Assembly (NCBI RefSeq): GCF_024521635.1
Contig: NW_026250408.1
Location: 558,001-622,000 of the forward strand
Source: Tricharina praecox
Taxonomy: Eukaryota
DNA: 64,000 nt
Direction of reading: 5' to 3'
Positions 12,648 to 27,110 of the stretch are shown one piece after another. The stretch's first letter is position 1. The number at the start of each line of letters is the position of its first letter. The notes under the pieces were generated by a model. It saw only the letters and a list, made by a program, of their open reading frames with translations. It was not told where the DNA came from and searched no databases. The translations under genes were made by a program, and so were the position numbers.

Positions 12648-15319
12648 TGTTCTTCCGAAGAATAGTCTATGGTTACGACGACCAGGGCCGCAACTTACAC
12701 TACCACTGCCGCCTTGGATTTTCTTTCCTGTTTTCCTTATGATCGTAATGTTGAATCCCCACAGCGAGTGAATTGATTTTTTTTTCCTTTGATATTTCGT
12801 GTCTTTCTTTCTTTCGGCAAGAAGATTTGTGTTGTGTTTGTGTTTGTGTTGGGAGTTTTTAGAGGCCGGCTACATACCGTGATTGGTGAGAGGCTGTATG
12901 CTATGCTATGCTATATGGATGTGAGTTTTTCAACGATACACATGATCATTTTTTTATTTTCTTTTGCGGATAAGTTGTGATGGAATTGTAATGGCTTTGG
13001 GGGGAGGGGGCTTTGGGGGCTTTTTGACAAACGGAACTGACCGCACGCTTGCTTTCTGCGCTTTTTGAATGGCGTTTCTTGCCCCCTTTTCTTTCTTCTC
13101 TTCTATCGAATTCTTTAGACATTAACTGCCATTACTCTATATAACTAATGGAGCCCAATTCTGGTCCCAGAAATCGGTGTTTTGTTCGGTTTTCGAGGTC
13201 TTGTTCTCTTTGGCGGCTGTGTTGAGACTGAGACAGGCCGTTGCACTGGCTTTTACATAAACAGAACGTGAATATGCCACGAAGCCTACTTCTTACTCAA
13301 GTACGAGGTAAGTAGCGAGATTTCACTAAAGATCACTCGCAGAAGTATCAAACCCCGTAGCTTTGAAATTTGGTTGTGCGCTGGTATGGTGCCTGCAATT
13401 TTGAAGGGCCCTCTTTTTGCGGTTATTTTTTCAAGGCAGCTAGCAGCCGGCAGCAGCTATGAGTGACGGAAAGTGGAAAAGGTACAGGTTATGTACCTCC
13501 CCCATCAGTAGATTCCCGGTCCGATGCTGGTGTGAATATCTTTTGCAAGATGAAACATCGGGTTTTGTATGGAAATCATCATCATGTATACTAAACCCCC
13601 ACGTGATAGCAACTGATTTTCACTCTAAAGTAAGTGTAGTGGTCACATGTACTCGGTTGAAGAAAAGCTCGGAGAGATTTTCGGACCCGGAACTCGGCTG
13701 TTCAACTACTATCCGAAATACGGGCCGCCATCCAGACTCCACCACCAGATAGCCTGTCCCAGGATATGCATAGCCAACCACCGGCAGTGATTGATTCTCG
13801 TAGTGGAAAGGAACTGGTGTATACCAGTCATCGCCGGGTGGTGAAGTTGCATGTTTGAGAGTTGTCAGATGATCTTTTTGTTCTTTGGGGGGGTCGGCTG
13901 TTGCCATGTAAGTTATCCGGGTGCAAAGCTAAAAACCACTGTGACTTTATAGACTGCAGGCACCATATCACTTTATAAATCCGCGAAATCTATGGTGTCG
14001 TAGATTCGTGGTGGTCTCTAAATACTTCATACTTGTTACCGCGAGATCGATGGTTGGTTTGCATAGAACCAGCTGGCTGTGATTCCCATTTTGGCCGAAT
14101 GCTAAGGCACTACTAGACGACTTTCAGGATTTGCCAGATGTCAAGATATAGAATGAGCTAATGCACTGCGAGCATCGCGGGCAGAGCTACCTGTGCATAA
14201 ACCATCCAATAAACAGGTAATATCTCCAGGGAGAGCTCCCATAGAATGATAGCACTCTGGGGTTAATATTGGGAAACTCCCCAGTGCCAAGACGTGGTTT
14301 TTAGCGCACCTGGTAACTTCTGAAGCCAGATCTTATCGACTTCTTGGCGCGAATGATGGGCAGTGAGGCGGGAAGCCGATGATAATGTGAATGGCCTCCA
14401 GCTGTCTCGAGTCTATCCTCAGGAAATGACTCTGATAGTTACTGGTGGGCTGATGGCGGCGTAGAAACCTAGAGTATCTATATGACATATAGCAGCTGGT
14501 ATGTAGATCGACTGCTTTGACATGGTAAGTTGGTAACCAGCAAAAAAAGATACATAAACCTCAATAAGAACGCTAGCGCGTTCGCCTTAGCATTCGAGTT
14601 CGAGCATATGTACGGTCTGGGTCTGCGGTCCACACTCTCCCAAGTAACTTAAGTTGCGTACATCATACTTTACTTACCTGGTACTTAAACTCCATTCCGC
14701 CCCGTGGTACAAGGATTTCGACTTCGATTTGCTCGATCGTTCATTCAATTCCTTCTTCCTCTTCTTCGCAACACCAGCCTCAACGGATCTGGAATACCGC
14801 CTTCCCACCCACTCCGTGTCATCGGCCCACTCTCGATCGCTCGCTCCCTCCCTCACGAAATTCAATAGCACCACCACCTACCGCCCCACCGCCTACGCCG
14901 TCGCGTCACCCCTTCGTCGGCTGCCTACATACTTTACCTTGCGCTTAACAAAGAACGAGACGGGGCCCCACATTCAAAGGGTAGCGTCGTGGTCGTCGCA
15001 GGCAACAGAGAAGGAAAGGATAGGGAAGGGAGCGCTGTCTAGTTATCCGACGTCATCAGAAAAACAAACACTGTCACTGCATACTACACACTACGGACAA
15101 CTACAACCGAGCGAGAACGACGAATCCAGCCAGCCAGCGACCGCAACGGAAACACCGCACGACCAACTAAACTAGAAGCTCCCGCCATAGAGTAGAGTAG
15201 AGAGGCGTCGTCGTCGTCGGGCAGTCGTCTTCTCGGGGAAGCAGGAGCAGGAGCAGGAAGGCAGCCGGCAACCTAACCAACGTACACTACAACACTACAA
15301 CACAGCACAACACAGCATC

Positions 15320-18195
15320 ATGATCATCAAGCTCCCCTCCTCCGTCCGGTTTCCGATCACGGTCACCGAGTTCCTGAAGCAGCCGAACAGCAATGTGGCG
15401 CGGCTCGAGCCGCTGCTTGTATACACCTACAAGACGATGGTCACGGAGTACCCGGAGTACGGCGTCGAGGTGCAGGTGGAGAAGACACTGTCGTCGCAGT
15501 TTGACGCGCCCGTGGGCGGAAAACTCGCGCGGTGGATGGTCGGCGTTGGCTCTGTGGTTGAGAACAGCAGGTTTGTTACGAAACCGGGGAAGGATGGAGA
15601 GGGTGGGCGAGTACTGACACGGTGGTGGTGATAGTACGCCGATTGTCGAGATCGATGAGCCGTGTACACATGAGATTCAGTTCGCCGGACTTTGCACGGA
15701 GTGTGGTGAAGATATGACCTTGTGAGTCTGACCCGCGCACATCCGTTGGTAGCGAGACTAAGAGTACTGACGATAGGTGTGCAGGACGGACTACAATTCG
15801 TACTTCTCGAACAGTGATCGCGCTACAATACAGCTGGCCCACGACAGCGCGGGATTGACTGTGAGCGAAGATGTAGATACCACCACCATCCCCTCTCCTC
15901 TTTCCGGTCGTGGCACAATTGTCTAACGTGGGGGTGTTATTTTCTTTGCACAGGAAGCTCGGAAACTAGAAGATCAAGCGAAACGGCGGTTAATCAAGGA
16001 GCGGAAGCTGTCGCTTGTGGTGGATCTGGACCAGACGATCATTCATGCCACGGTAGACCCGACAGTTGGGGAATGGAAAGACGATCCCTTCTGCGTCAAT
16101 CACGACTCGGTCAAAGATGTGGCGGCGTTCAAGCTCGACGAAGACATCAGCGGCGGCCGAGGAACATGGTACTACGTCAAGATGCGGCCCGGATTGAAGG
16201 AGTTCCTCGAGCACATCTCAAAGCTGTTTGAGCTCCACATCTACACCATGGGAACACGTGCATATGCGCTGTCGGTAAAGAAGATTGTGGACCCGGGTGG
16301 CACGTTGTTCGGCGAGCGCGTGCTGAGCAGAGACGAGAGCGGGAGTATGACGCAGAAGAGTTTGCACCGGCTCTTCCCCGTAGACACGAAGATGGTCGTC
16401 ATCATTGATGACCGCGGTGATGTCTGGAAGTGGAATGACAATCTGGTCAAGGTTCGACCGTACGACTTCTTCGTCGGCATCGGCGACATTAATTCCATGT
16501 TTTTGCCTAAGAAGCAGGAGTTTCCTACTACTGCTACTATTGCTGCGGCCGCCACCGCCACCGCCATCGTGCCTACGGAGGACGCTGCTATAGAACCTGA
16601 GAGCATAGCGATTGGGCAGAAGGAGGAGAAGGAGGCGGAACTTGGAGACGAGACTGCCAACAGTCCTGCGAAGACTGCCGGTGCATCTATGACTGCGCTG
16701 GAGCAACTCATCACCATGGGAAGCGGCGACGACCGGCAGCTGCTGACCGATCAAACATCCGAGCTCGACAAGGCCATTGAGGCACAAAAAGAGAACCGGC
16801 CCCTGGCTAAGAAGCAGGAGCTGCAGGATAAACTCGACGAGGAAGCGGCAGCAGCGGAGATGGCAGCAGCGTCGGAGAACGGCAACACTACCCACAAAGA
16901 CGTCGCCAGCGACGGTGGCGCGCACAAGCACAGTGTCCTTCGAGACGACGATTGGGAATTGAATGCGTTAAAGATACACCTCTCAGCTGTACATGACCGG
17001 TTCTATCAGGAGTACGAGAAGAACAAGGGTGCCCGCAAGGACCGCGTGTCGCAATTGAAAGACGTCAAGAGGCACCCCAGGAAACGGGGCGGCACTGACG
17101 ACGATGACCTGGATATTAGCGCTGTTCCGGATGTGGCAGCGATCATGCCGGTGATGAAGAAGCAGACGTTGAGCGGTGTGGTGTTGGTGTTCTCCGGCGT
17201 GATTCCGCTGGGAGCCGATGTTCACTAGTAAGCACGAGCACCACCAATAACCGTTGTGGATTATAGATGCTAACTCTCCTGCAGCTCCGACATAGCCATC
17301 TGGGCGAAGAGCTTTGGTGCAGTCGTCGTGGAGACGGTTTCGTCTAAAACCACGCATGTCATAGCGGCGAGAGTACATCTCCCCCCCATTACAAGGAACC
17401 AACCAATAGCTAACATCCAATGTGCAGAGTCGCACCGCTAAAGTACGACAAGCGGCCCGCTACCCCCACATCAAGATCGTCAGTCCCCGCTGGCTATACG
17501 ACTCCATCTCTCACTGGCGCCATGAGACCGAAGAGCCTTACCTCATCGAACTGCACCCCGAGGACCGCCCACCACTTGGCACCCCCGTCAACGGCCTCGA
17601 CGACTCCACGCTCCTCTCCTCCGAAGACGACGACTCGGATGACGACTCGGATTACGACTCTGAATTCCAGGGTACCAGCAGTCAACCCGACGGCGGCGTC
17701 GACACGAGTAACGTACCGTGGAAAGATGTGGACGAGGAGTTCGCCGAGTACTTTGGCGACGACGACGACTTCGCCGACAGCGATTCCGAAAGTATCAACA
17801 GTCTCAGCCTCAACTCGGAAACGGAAACGCCTACCACCACCACCGAGCTCGAAGTCGGAAAGCGGAAACGCACCGGCGCTGGAACTGCCACACCTCCCAT
17901 CGCCGGTGATGACGGCGACGGCGATACGGACATGGAGAATACCACAACCACCAACGATACCGGCAGTCGCCTCGCGAAGCGCCAGAAGATTGCCCGCGAA
18001 CGCGCAGCAGCCGGGAGTGGGCTCCGCGATGTGTCGATTCCCAACGAGGGGGCTACGGCGGATGCGGCGGCGGAGGAAGTGACGGAGGCGGAGGCGGAAG
18101 ATGGCGACGACAGCAACTCTCTCGCAGACGAGCTGGAGCGTGAGCTGATGGGCCTCGACAATGCCGATGGCGACGAGGGCGGCGGCGGCGGATAG
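15320..18195 (+). CDS. FCP1: RNA polymerase II CTD phosphatase Fcp1 (FCPH + BRCT + acidic tail), multi-exon
   Basis: Catalytic LVVDLDQTIIHAT motif, YYVKMRPGL, YTMGTRAYA, IIDDRGDVW, a BRCT segment VLVFSGVIPLG...IVSPRWLYDS and an acidic C-terminus. Confidence 0.95.
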
Positions 18196-19988
18196 TAATT
18201 TCCACAACGGGACGGGGGGGGGGTGTGACTTGTACGATAGTTTTCTTCTCTTTTCTTTGTGACAACATCCGGAGTTGTTTGGAACATTTTTTTCTTTCTT
18301 ATTGCTTCCTTCCATGACTATTATACCTACCTTTTTTGGGATGTCTGGGGCGTGCTTGGGGTGTGCTTGGCGCTGTGTGAATAGGGGAACGGGTACGGGG
18401 ATGGAAGTGGTGGTGGTGGTGGGTGTTGCAATCAGTGCAGTGTCTGCAGTGTCTGCCATGGAGGTTGATGAGTGATGTTGTGTGATACTTGCTGTGGGGG
18501 AAAGACGTACACATCACGGGCTAGGCCAGTGAACCTTCCGTGAGATGGGATGGGATGGGCTGGACACTTCAGCAGCAAGCCTAACATACACCACCAAGCC
18601 TACTTAGCCCTTCCCTAGGTCTACAGGAGTTTGTTGTTGTATTTACATACCTCTAATGTGCTTTGATGAGTTAACTATGCTATGCCATGTACTTCTTCCG
18701 TGAGTATTGGAACCATGTCCGAAGACACGTAGTATGGCATGCATCTCGTAGGCGGAGAAGGGTTCTTCTGTGCCTTTAGCCCTGCCTATTTATGTGGACT
18801 CCACCGGGAAATGATCGAGCTTAACGAGCATATGTGCGGTAGTTAGTACCGTAACCTTGCCTGTTTCGTGTTATGCTCTACCACGGTACCTAGTAGAGTA
18901 CATCAACATCTCGCCGTCCGGGGGTCCGGAACCATGTGCTGCCGGCGGCCGCCCTGGACAACTTCGAGTGCTCGTGCCGGGAATGCCCCACACCGCACGG
19001 GGACACGACTCACGAGACGGCTCGTCAGCCCTGTGCCCAGCAGGCAGGCAGGCAGGCAGAAATCTAGAGTACCTATGATATGTATGATATGTATGATATG
19101 TGCATAACTACGGCAGCCTGCTTCCGAGCCACGTATGTAATGTAGGTAGGTGGAGTAGTCTGCAGGTACAGACATACACGCATACATAGCAGGCTGGGCC
19201 TTGTATATTGTACATGTGGACATCCATCTCTGGTCCCTCCCGACGTGTGGGCTCAGCCTGATCGAAGCCTTGCTTGTCCACGCAGGAGCTCCGGAATGCC
19301 GGTACCGATATCATATTGGTATACCCAGAGTATCTAGGGAGAACTTGCGCGGAACGGTGCTTCGTGACTCGCAGGCGTGACGAGTTGATGACAAGTCCGG
19401 CCATGCTCCTTAGTTAAGGCCCAAGGGCTCAATTACTCGTGATCGTGCTCGTGCTCGTGCGCGTGTGCTCCGAGACTCTGTATGCGTGTCAGCTGTGCGT
19501 ACTCTACTTACTACAATGTTTTTCTTCTTCTTCGTGAGTTCCCTCAGGCCGCAAGCCCGGTCGTCATGTCAGCGGCCTGCAGAGTTTCAAAACTGCAGAG
19601 TTTCAAAATTCAAACCACTCGTTACACCGCGAGTCGACAAGGTTGGGAGTATATCGTACTAGGTATAGTACGCGCAGGGCATCCATCGCGGAACCTTGCA
19701 TGGCATTCGAACATCGAACATCTCGCAGGCGGACTGGCCAGTGGACACATCGATATCTTGGATCTGGTTCGCTACTGTAGACTCTAGAGTGGACGAACCA
19801 GCATTTGCCTCAGCTCAATCTGACTATTCTACTAGTGCTATGTACTCCACGCAACCACGGCCAGGCTGGAATTCAGCCTACCGTGGAAACGGCGCGGATT
19901 GGATGCCATGTTTGAGTACATACGGGCGAACAACGTTGACTGTCTGTCTGCCTGTCTGCCGGCCGACCAACTAACCGACCTCGTTCAA

Positions 19989-20380
19989 CCTTCTTCTTCT
20001 CCTTCTTCTCCTTCTTCTCCTCCTCCTTCTCCTTCTCCTTCTTCTTCTTCTCCTCCTTCTGCCTGGAGCCTTCGGCACAGCTGTCCTTTGGACACTGGAG
20101 AAAGCCCAGAACTGCACCGGTCATTCGTTGTCTGTAAATTCGTTCTAAATATATAAGCCATAAGGTCAGACCCCCCTTTTAAGCTCGTCGAATTCTATTA
20201 CCATCGAGGCCTTCACGGACGTACATATTAGGTTCCTGCCGGACCCTTCTTATTCTTGTTCATCATCTTCGTCCTCGTCAGCTCCTTCTTCTTCCTCACC
20301 CTCCTGTTCCTGTTCCTCCTCCTCCATCTCCCCTTCCTTCTTCTTCCTCTTCTCTTCTTCTTCTTCCACCTTCTCCTTCC
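19989..20380. repeat. two pyrimidine-rich (TTC/TCC)n low-complexity tracts at about 19989-20060 and 20246-20380
   Basis: Directly visible CTT/CTC triplet arrays. Confidence 0.8.
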
Positions 20381-21305
20381 ATTGCGATATATCCCCCACG
20401 CCCTAACTACCGTCCTTGCCCCCATCACTCACCGCCGCCTTACATATCACGGGCCCGGCCGGTAGTTAACTAGTTCAAGGTGTTTTGTTTGCAGTGTGAT
20501 CTGCTCTTGAGCTCTCACCGCCTGAACGAGAGTTGCACTGGGTACTTCTAGGCAGTAATAATTTGTCAAACAAAGGTAAGATATAGTCTAAATCACCCTA
20601 CAGACACGCACGCACACACTCCCATACTTCTGTTGTTGCCACCATCCACCGTACTGATGAGCTGTTCACTCGTTAGACTCACTCGCCGGAATCGGGCCCG
20701 GAACGTGTTCTGTTCTGTTTCAAGCCCACCTAGCCCCATCTCATCTCATCAAGCCAGCGCAAGCAAGCAGCCTCACCCCCGATCCCACTCGACGATCCGT
20801 ACGGCGCACGCGCTACGCATCATCCATCACGGGGAAATAACACTTCAAATCTGCCCTCCCTGTCTTTGACAGCCCTGTTTCGTCTGTTTCTCCGCCCAAA
20901 GAATCCGTTATTAGATATCGCATCTATTACTACTATCATACTACCAGCACTCTGCACAACTGCCGCCAAAAGATCCTAGAGCGCATCTGGAACACACACG
21001 ACCTCCCCTCCTCCTCATCCTCCACCCCACACACACCCCGCCTTCTGCGTCCTTTGCGCCCTCTTCGCCCTCGGCGCGCCCTAGGATCGATTGCTTTAGT
21101 TCTTTCTCCTCCGTCCATCCTTAAAGCCCCCCTTCCCGCCCATCCCCTCCACCCCCGCCTAGCTTTCCCGCTCCGGTCCAAAAACTGCATACAGCCATAC
21201 AATCACCTCCAGCTTAATAACCCCACCACCACTACCAATAGCAGCGTAACCATCCGATATCTCCGCTGTCCCGTCTCTCGATCCCTTCGTCAGTACAGCA
21301 TTTCG

Positions 21306-22842
21306 ATGTCTCATGCCTGGCGTCCCGGTCTCTCCACGATAGTCGCTCCAGGCGGTGCTGGACGTAGCTCGCGCTCGAGGTCCCGCCGCCAGGAAAAGAA
21401 CATTCCCCAGTTTTTGACTCAGACCACCACCGGTATTACACGATCCTACCTTTCCCCTCATCTCTTGAAAGTGGCGCATGATGGATGGCGGCGGCGGTGG
21501 TGGTGGGGCGAACCGGCCATGCAACCGGATAAGCAAGCTGACACGGAGCAGAGATACGACGCAAGTTCCACGAAGTCGAGAACCTCCAGAACGAACGTTT
21601 ACACCAGAGCCTGCACAACCCCGAGGACACGCGATGGAAGATCGATGATTCGCACGAGGTGCGCATGCGCAACCGGTACTCGAACGTCTCGCCTTGGGAG
21701 AGCAATCGAGTTCGTCTCGACGTTCCTGAAGGACACTGCGACTACATCAATGCTTCCCCGATCGTGCTTAAGAGTCGCAAGGATGGGTCGGAGAAACGGT
21801 ACATCGCAACACAGGTATGCGCGCGCCTTTCCAGAGAGACGGGGGGAGGAGGAGCAAGAGAAGATGTACCCCGCTTCGTGCTGCGCTTTTGCTTTTGCGA
21901 TTCTGCACCGCCGTACCGATCCGTTCAACGGCCGGCCGGCGGCAGATGGACAGGCTGGAGGCTACTCCATGCACCCTCCACACACACACTAGGCGCAAAG
22001 CTGCTGCATGCACATGGCCGGGTGCCCGATGATGTGGCCCCCCGTAGTCGTCTACTTTTAGGATTTGCTGACACTCGGCTCGCTCGGCAATCGTAGGGAC
22101 CTAAGGAAGCAAACTTAAGTCACTTTTGGCGGATGATCTGGCAGGAAACCACCGATGTGGCGGTGATCGTGATGCTCACAAAGACCTTCGAGCTCGGACG
22201 GGATAAATGTTTCCAGTACTTTCCCGATTCGGATCCCGAGCCGTGGGTGATCAAGGATGAGGGCGAGTTCGACGACGGATTCGAGGCGACCATCACTCTG
22301 TTGGAGAAGAAGAAGGATTTTCGGAGCTTGTGCACCGTAAGGAAGCTGCTCATGAAGGTGGGAGATAAGAGTAAGATCGTCTGGCATCTGCTCTTCAAGG
22401 GCTGGCCGGACTATAACGTCCCCGAGGGCGAGGATAAGAGTGCGCTGTTGGAGTTGATCAAATTGGCGAACGAGAAGAATACCGGGCCAGATAACCCCCT
22501 GATCGTTCATTGTGAGTGCACCCAATCTCGGTTTTCCGCGGGGGTGGGTTAACGGAACGAATAGGCAGTGCTGGCGTCGGACGCTCGGGCACATTTATCA
22601 CGCTCGACCATTTCATCCGCGACATCGATGCCGGAGCCATCCCCATCACCGAACGCGAGGACCTCATCTTCGAGACCGTGAACGAGTTGCGAGAGCAGCG
22701 GATGTACATGGTGCAGAGTGAGGTGCAGTTCCAGTTTATCTACACTGCGCTCAAGGAGCGCTTTATGCGGAGGGCGAAGTCGTCATCACCACCCACGGTC
22801 CACGAGGAGTTGCGGGAAGAAGAGACACACCATAGCGCATAG
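21306..22842 (+). CDS. classical protein tyrosine phosphatase (Ptp1/Pyp-like); introns 21433-21551, 21815-22096, 22512-22564
   Basis: Motifs NRYSNV, DYINAS, YIATQGP, FWRMIWQ, KCFQYFP, WPD loop (GWPDYNVP), HCSAGVGRSG after splicing, and QRMYMVQSEVQF. Confidence 0.93.
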
Positions 22843-24604
22843 CACGCGGTATCGTGGAGTCAAAGTTCCTGGACTTTTCTGTCGGTCAGTCGCTAGCTGC
22901 GGGATCCTTTCTCTTCCCTTTTGGCGTTTTCCGTACGCCACACTTCGGCGGATCTTCTCTCCTTCGCAGTCTGCGCTTGCATGATACTCGGTTTGGTGGG
23001 GGGGGGGGGGGTGTCTTTTCTGGCTTGTATTTTTTGTTTGATGTTATTCTACGGCGAGTGGGGGGTTTTGTTCATACTTCTTTTTTTTACTTTTTTACTC
23101 TCTTGTGCTTCTTTCACGTTACGGGGATACACGGGAGTTCAATCTTGCTATTGCTCTTTTGCGTTATGTTTTTCCAGCCTGGTCGCGTCGGGTCGGCGAA
23201 GGGATGGGTGTGCCACAGATGTATGTGTTCTATGGCTCTAGTGTACCATGGCTGTCTTTCTTCTCTATTGGAGTGTCTGGTGTTTTCTGTCATGTAAGTT
23301 AGGTAGAAGCCGAGTTGCTGCCCTGTCCGTCCGTCCATCGTGAGCCAGCATCAGCATCAGCCGAGCTGGTTCGGGGTACATCGGTAACGGTAACGGACTT
23401 TCATCCGGCGCAATTGATGGCGGTGGGTGGGAGGGGAGAGGGAGGGGGGGAGGAGAGATGTAGGATTGTTATATTTTGCTATGTTTCGCGTGTGTGTGTG
23501 TGTGTTAACTGTATCAATATGATTACTATCCCGGTTGAAAGATCGTCCGTGCATCACAGGGCGCCGCCGGTTTGTTCAGGACAGATCCCAGTAGCTGTAG
23601 CCACTGCCGCGGCCGCGGTACCTAGGCGGTGGCAGCCAGGTCCCCCGTTCGTCCTTCGTGCGAAGCCCGTGAGGTCGAAAACATACAGCGTAGGTTCATA
23701 GGTACATTTGTGGCCGGATGAATACCGCTGTTTGCGGATCTTTGAGGACATAGGCAGCTTGACAGGTATGTCAGGAGATTAAGATAGGTACCTAGTTGGC
23801 TGAAGTTGGAGAACATGAGATGGCATGTATGGTATGTACCTACATAGAAAGGTAGTGCGATCCCGTCATCGGACCGGTTGGATAATCATCCCGTATGTAT
23901 CGTCAGAGAAAAGCCGGAGCTGTAAATAGAGTACAGGGTTGGGGTTGATTATGGATTCGTGGTGCTCATTGATGGTTACTTCTGTACGAATAGGTAGTTT
24001 GCTGGTTTGAAGAGGGCATTGATGTTGCGTGTTTTGCTGCTGGGTATTGCGTTGATACGAGCTCCGGACGAGAACCTGTGTACCCTGAACTGTCAATTCT
24101 ATGCATTCTCCCTCATCCCACCTTTCCCCATTGCCACCGAGCCTTATCTCCCATTTCCCTTCCAAGCCCAACCGGTTCCAACCGCCGCCTCCTAGTTCTC
24201 CCGTTTAACCTCTAACATGTGTGGAGCTATTCTACCGGAGGAGCAATCCTATTGTGTCACGGCACATCACTCGTTCAATGCGCTTTTTCGATGCGAGTGG
24301 CAAATGGCCCTACAGCCCATAGCCGCCCGGCCGGAACCACGCCGGACAGTTTGGGACGCTACGTAGTTATCCACGAGTGATCGGACATGATCGGGCCCGA
24401 TCGCCGACTAAGAGGAGGGGTAGCTATTTATCCGATGAGCAAACAAACCCCTGCATGGAGTACGACCCACGGTGTCCTACTCTACAGCTGCCGGCGTAGG
24501 TATCTATATGAACACTCCGTGCGTTGTTCCTTTCTCCTGCCACTGCTGCGTACCTGCGTACATATCCCGCCTTTGACTTCTTTAGCTACATACACAGATC
24601 ATTG

Positions 24605-26571
24605 ATGGACACCCTTCGCTCCCTCGCAGAGCAGTGGCTCGAGCTCGATAAGGTAACCCCACCCACCTACCTACTCACGCCACCTCCGCGAGAAGATAGT
24701 TAACTGAACGTCTGCAGAATGAAAAAACAAAAGCAGAGATTCAGAAGTTGTTGGCCGATAACGACACCGAGGAGCTCGAGAAACGGCTCGGGAGTCGTGA
24801 GTGCCATTCCCCCCAGCCATTTGGTGATCCACGGCTAACATCCTCCAGGGATCTCATTCGGCACCGCCGGTATAACCTACTACCTCCCAGCTCCCGATGC
24901 CGATATGATATTGATGTGATATGTCTTCTGCGCAGGTCTCCGCGCCGCAATGCAAGCCGGCTTCTCGCGGATGAACGATCTCACCGTGATCCAAGCGTCG
25001 CAGGGGCTAGCAGAATACATCTCGACCTCTGTGGCCTCTGGGGGAGCGTCTATTGTGATTGGCTACGACCACCGGCACAACAGCGAGCGGTTCGCGCGGC
25101 TCACAGGGGCGGCGATGATCCAGCGCGGGATCAAGGTGTACTTCTACACATCCCTCGTGCACACACCGCTGGTGCCGTTCGGGATCAAGATGCTCGGCGC
25201 CTCCGCCGGCGTCATGATCACGGCTAGCCACAATCCTGTCCAGGACAACGGCTACAAGGTCTACTGGTCCAATGCGTGCCAGATCGTCTCGCCGCACGAT
25301 AAGGCCATCGCGAAGGCTATCGAGAGGAATCTGACCCCCGTGTGCTGGGATGAAAGCTTGGTGGATACCAGTGAGCTGGTCGAAAAGCCAATCGAACGCA
25401 TCCAGGACGCGTACTTCCACAAGCTGGTAGACCTGGCCACGCACACTGTTCCCGTGCCACGGGTGAGGGTGGTGTACACGCCCATGCATGGCGTTGGGCT
25501 GCCCGCGATGCAGCGCGCCGCGCGGGACCTCGGCGTGGCGGAGGAGGACCTAGTCACTGTGAAAGCGCAGCAGGCCCCAGACGCCGACTTCCCCACGGTG
25601 CGGTTCCCGAACCCGGAGGAGGTAGGAGCACTCGACCTCGCGATCGTGACCGCGACCGAAAACAACATCTCGATCGTGCTCGCCACCGACCCGGACGCAG
25701 ACCGGTTTGCGGCGGCGGAGCGCCTGCCCTCCGGCGAGTGGCGCACCTTCACGGGCAATGAGCTGGGCATCCTCTTCGCGGCGTACGTGTTCTCCAACAC
25801 GCCAGCCTCGCAGCGCCCAAAGCTGTGTATGCTGTGCTCGACTGTCTCCTCGCAGATGCTGGCGTCGATGGCGCGAATCGAGGGGTTCGCGTTCGAAGAG
25901 ACCCTCACGGGGTTCAAGTGGCTGGGCAACCGCGCGCAGGCCCTGGAGCAGCAGGGCTACCACGCCGCTTACGCCTTCGAGGAGGCCATCGGCTACATGT
26001 TCTCCCCGCTCGTCCAGGACAAAGACGGCATCGCCGCCGCGGTGGTGTTCATCTCTGCGCTGCGAGACTGGTCGTCCGCAGGACAGACACCCTACCAAAA
26101 ACTCCAAGAGCTCTACGGGAAGTACGGCTACTTCAAGACCGCGAATAGCTACTTCGTCTCGCGCGACGCGGCGCTAACTCGGAAGGTGTTTGCGGATATA
26201 CGTGCTGCCGCGCCGAAGGCGGTCGGGGCTAGGAAGATAACCCGCTGGAGAGATCTCACCACGGGCGTCGACACCGCTACCGAGGATGGCAAGCCAACAC
26301 TGCCCATCAGTAAGAGCTCGGAAATGATCACGGCCGAACTCGAGGGCGGCGTTAGGTTTACGGTCCGTGGAAGTGGGACCGAGCCGAAGATTAAGAGTAC
26401 GTCTCCTGTCTCATTCCCCAGGAAATTGTGGGTTGGCTAATGTGGAGGACAGTGTACATCGAGTGCAAAGCCGACACTGAAGCTGCGGCCATCGAGGGCG
26501 CTCAGGAGGTGGCGAGGGATTTGACGAGGGAGTGGTTCAGACCTGAGGAGACGGGGCTGAGGCTGCCTTGA
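24605..26571 (+). CDS. PGM3: phosphoglucomutase/phosphopentomutase, PGM2 subgroup (yeast Pgm3/Prm15-like), with a 21-nt micro-exon at 24849-24869
   Basis: RISFGTAGLR (spliced), TASHNP phosphoserine loop, DPDADR metal loop, FEEAIG and VRGSGTEPKIK. Stop is TGA at 26569-26571. Confidence 0.9.
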
Positions 26572-27110
26572 TCTGATCTGGGCTGGAGGCGGGTTCATCT
26601 TGGACGGCGGAATCGTGGGCTGCGGAGTTTCATTATGTATTTGTGATGTGATGCGACGATAGAGATGTCCGGAATAGAGATAGAATTTACTATTTTGCCA
26701 TTTGCACAGTGTTGGAGCTTGAACAGAACGGAAGATATACTCCAGTTAAGTGAAAAGACATCACATCTCGATCGATAGAACACCTATCGATACAACAACA
26801 CCCAACAACACAATGAATGCAAGTATGCATATGTAAAACCCCACGAATGAATGCCCTCCAAAAGTAATCCAACAAGCAAGCAAGCAAAGCCCCCCGCAAT
26901 AAAATAAACAAGTTGCAAACCCGTAATGAGACCGAACAATACACCCCTAGAAAAACAAAGACCAAAGTGGGGGCGAGGTATCGAAACTTAGAGACCCGTA
27001 ATAAAACCAAATCATTACTCGTAACGCAGAAGAAGATGAAGATGAAGAACACCCCAAGAAACAAAACCCAAACCAAAAAGAACCAAAACAACCAAAAAAA
27101 CATCTAAAAC

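Noticed and set aside
20250..20385. Acidic EEEE..DEDEDDEQE-stop frame on the minus strand
   Set aside because: It has no start, upstream exon or recognisable domain, so I treated it as low-complexity sequence or an unidentifiable relic.
24115..24195. Possible LINE RNase H fragment on the minus strand (AAVGTGWAW...GSVAMGKG)
   Set aside because: It is too short and degenerate to support without a search.
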